Part shown: in pieces, positions 5,882 to 6,935 of the stretch
How positions within the stretch are numbered: position 1 is the first letter of the stretch
Layout of the letters: each line of letters starts with the position of its first letter
Assembly (NCBI GenBank): GCA_028700115.1
Contig: JAQVTI010000022.1
Location: 1-6,935, forward strand
Direction: 5' to 3'
DNA from: Candidatus Iainarchaeum sp.
GTDB lineage: Archaea; Iainarchaeota; Iainarchaeia; Iainarchaeales; CSSED10-239
Length of the DNA stretch: 6,935 bases
Position numbers and translations under genes: made by a program
The notes under the pieces: generated by a model
Told to the model about the DNA's origin: nothing
Databases searched by the model: none
What the model saw: only the letters and a program-made list of their open reading frames with translations

Positions 5882-6142
5882 CTAGTTTATTTTTCTCCCA
5901 TTTTTCTTTACATCAGCAACAACTCTGCTATAGCTACGTCCAACTGGTTTTATAGCAACAGATTGTCCTGCAATCTTTTTTGTAAGATTTTGCTTTGCAG
6001 AGGTATAACCTCTTTCACCCTTATCAGGGGCATCTACATTTGCTAGACGAATATAGTTAGATCCATTTACTTTAGTTCCAACTTTAAAAGTATCGCCATC
6101 AATTACTTGTGTTACTTTCCTATGTACAATTTTATTATTCAT
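5882..6142 (-). CDS. Truncated/minimal staphylococcal nuclease (SNase/thermonuclease)-like OB-fold protein (86 aa)
   Basis: Strong RBS (AAGGAG at 6151-6156, 8-nt spacer). VIDGDTFKV...IRLANVDAPDKGE...GYTSAKQNLTKKI...GRSYSRVVADVKKNGRKIN aligns by eye with SNase AIDGDTVKL...FRLLLVDTPETKH...YGPEASAFTKKMV...YGRGLAYIYADGKMVN. The protein ends where the SNase C-terminal helices would begin. Confidence 0.7.
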   Translation of the reverse strand: MNNKIVHRKVTQVIDGDTFKVGTKVNGSNYIRLANVDAPDKGERGYTSAKQNLTKKIAGQSVAIKPVGRSYSRVVADVKKNGRKIN

Positions 6143-6229
6143 AATTTTTTCTCCTTATTTTCTGTTTTCTAATATCTAACCCAATGACTAGACAAATCAC
6201 TAACTCTGTACAATAATTATTTCTTAGAA

Positions 6230-6319
6230 TTAAAGTGCACCAATAACTGCAACAATAATAGCAATGAAGATTATTGCAACAACAATCGCTGTTCCATACA
6301 TTATTACTTTCTTAACCAT
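6230..6319 (-). CDS. 29-aa hydrophobic single-TM peptide (MVKKVIMYGTAIVVAIIFIAIIVAVIGAL)
   Basis: Not in the supplied track because it is too short; I translated it by hand. Very strong SD (AAAGGAGG, 6327-6334) sits 7 nt upstream of ATG 6319, and the stop TAA is at 6230-6232. An in-frame upstream ATG at 6340 would add MQKGGHQ but lacks an SD. It is first in the minus-strand gene string. Confidence 0.5.
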   Translation of the reverse strand: MVKKVIMYGTAIVVAIIFIAIIVAVIGAL

Positions 6320-6442
6320 CTGATGTCCTCCTTTTTGCATTTTTAAAGGACTTAAAAATCAGTATATAAGTTCACTAAGTTAAAAATAAACCTTTATATT
6401 CTTAACCTTTCTTATTATATATTGACTAAACAAGTCCAATAA

Positions 6443-6485
6443 AATAAGTTAGAGACTCGTGATCAAACAAACTCTCTAACTTATT
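6443..6485 (-). terminator. Perfect 13-bp stem hairpin, possible rho-independent terminator downstream of the ATPase gene / tRNA-like element
   Basis: AATAAGTTAGAGA (6443-6455) pairs perfectly with TCTCTAACTTATT (6473-6485) around a 17-nt loop. On the minus strand the stem is followed by TTATTGG, a weak U-tract. The large loop and poor U-tract lower confidence. Confidence 0.4.
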
Positions 6486-6488
6486 CTA

Positions 6489-6553
6489 GCATATTTACGG
6501 ATTTGAACCGCTTTCTAATATTTAAATATTAAAATTGACCTTATCTCATATGC
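6489..6553 (-). other. Degenerate tRNA-like element (pseudo-tRNA, phage-type tRNA, or tRNA-derived att remnant)
   Basis: The minus strand contains the canonical T-arm GGTTCAAATCC (plus 6499-6509) with a 4-bp T-stem. Seven nt later the 3' end AATATGC pairs 6/7 with GCATATG at the 5' end, giving an acceptor-like stem. A central 16-bp AT palindrome (6516-6531) sits where the anticodon arm should be. However, the element is only 65 nt, the D-arm is truncated, no 7-nt anticodon loop can be drawn, and there is no CCA. Confidence 0.3.
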
Positions 6554-6563
6554 ATAATTTCTT

Positions 6564-6935
6564 TTATTTAATATCACCCTTTTGCAAATTCTCTAAATTT
6601 TGTAATGAATATGATCCTTCAAAATATTTTTTATAAACACTCACATCTTTTCTTTCATTAAAATTAGCCAATGTAAAAAGAGAAGTGCTCTGATCTTTGT
6701 TCTTTTCTGTAAAATATATTTGATCATGCCTTAATCCAGAAACCTTGAAATTTAATAAATCATAACAATGAGTAGTATATATTACTTGTGCAGATTTATT
6801 TTGATCACCATTAATATATTCATTTAAAAAACAAACTAGCTTTGGATGTAAACTTGATTCAATTTCATCAATTACTAAAATTCCCCCTGCATTTATATGA
6901 TGAACTATAGCTGCAGCTTTTTCAATAAATTCAAT
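6564..6935 (-). CDS. ABC-type/AAA_21-like ATPase, C-terminal 123 codons (5' part outside the window)
   Basis: Hand translation of the minus strand in frame with the right edge gives IEFIEKAAAIVHHINAGGILVIDEIESSLHPKLVCFL...QVIYTTHCYDLL...KGDIK*, with stop at 6564-6566. ILVIDEIESSLHP is a Walker B/D-loop and TTH is the H-loop, as in the SMC/ABC-like AAA_15/AAA_21 ATPases common in defence systems. No fused TOPRIM or nuclease domain follows. Confidence 0.7.
   Translation of the reverse strand: MEFIEKAAAIVHHINAGGILVIDEIESSLHPKLVCFLNEYINGDQNKSAQVIYTTHCYDLLNFKVSGLRHDQIYFTEKNKDQSTSLFTLANFNERKDVSVYKKYFEGSYSLQNLENLQKGDIK

Noticed and set aside
5610-5885. 91-aa plus-strand ORF from the supplied track
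   Set aside because: It lies entirely antisense to the HNH gene and the 5' part of the small helical gene. The sequence is low-complexity and Leu/Phe/His-rich with no RBS, which is typical of a shadow ORF in AT-rich DNA.
5771-6046. 91-aa plus-strand ORF from the supplied track
   Set aside because: It is antisense to the well-supported HNH and SNase-like genes. It has a hydrophobic low-complexity translation, no RBS and no recognisable motif.
6516-6531. 16-bp perfect palindrome TAATATTTAAATATTA as a protein operator
   Set aside because: It is composed only of A/T in a very AT-rich region, so chance occurrence is plausible. It lies downstream of a stop codon rather than at a promoter. It is better treated as part of the tRNA-like element.
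5641-6935. Septu-like reading (AAA ATPase PtuA + HNH PtuB)
   Set aside because: The ATPase and the HNH gene are separated by ~700 bp that contain a tRNA-like element, a strong hairpin and two other genes. The HNH is only 75 aa, far smaller than PtuB-type proteins. The arrangement does not fit an ATPase-HNH operon.
1-6935. CRISPR arrays, IS elements/transposases, integrases, rRNA, long terminal direct or inverted repeats
   Set aside because: I scanned both strands by eye. There is no regularly spaced repeat array, no transposase or integrase-like ORF, and no rRNA-like GC-rich segment. The only short repeat noticed (ttcttaacc at 6309 and 6399) is 9 nt and consistent with chance.

Overview
Very AT-rich bacterial accessory region. 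Strong AAGGAG/GGAGG Shine-Dalgarno sites and standard-code ORFs suggest a Firmicute- or Fusobacterium-like host. No housekeeping genes are recognisable, and the window reads as a defence/toxin island built from several small modules. (1) Minus-strand two-gene operon at 83..2458. Its 598-aa protein looks like an RnlA/LsoA-type toxin (two TBP-like N-domains plus an Rx4H HEPN domain) fused to a complete RNase HIII catalytic domain. A 189-aa gene follows 9 nt downstream, in the antitoxin position, and carries its own Rx4H signature. (2) A divergent orphan gene of 231 aa. (3) A stand-alone zinc-ribbon (DUF2321-like) plus Ymh/TIGR02391-type HEPN protein. (4) A minus-strand gene string: a 29-aa hydrophobic peptide, a mini staphylococcal-nuclease-like protein, a mini HNH nuclease, a 92-aa helical protein, and a class III nucleotidyl cyclase (Pycsar-PycC-like) with an unknown N-terminal domain and no cNMP-binding effector. 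(5) A degenerate tRNA-like element followed by a hairpin. (6) The C-terminal 123 codons of an ABC/AAA_21-type ATPase running off the right edge. I saw no CRISPR array, rRNA, transposase or integrase. The best candidates for something undescribed are the RnlA-like::RNase HIII fusion with its partner and the effector-less cyclase module. All family assignments are by-eye motif recognition and need profile or structure searches.
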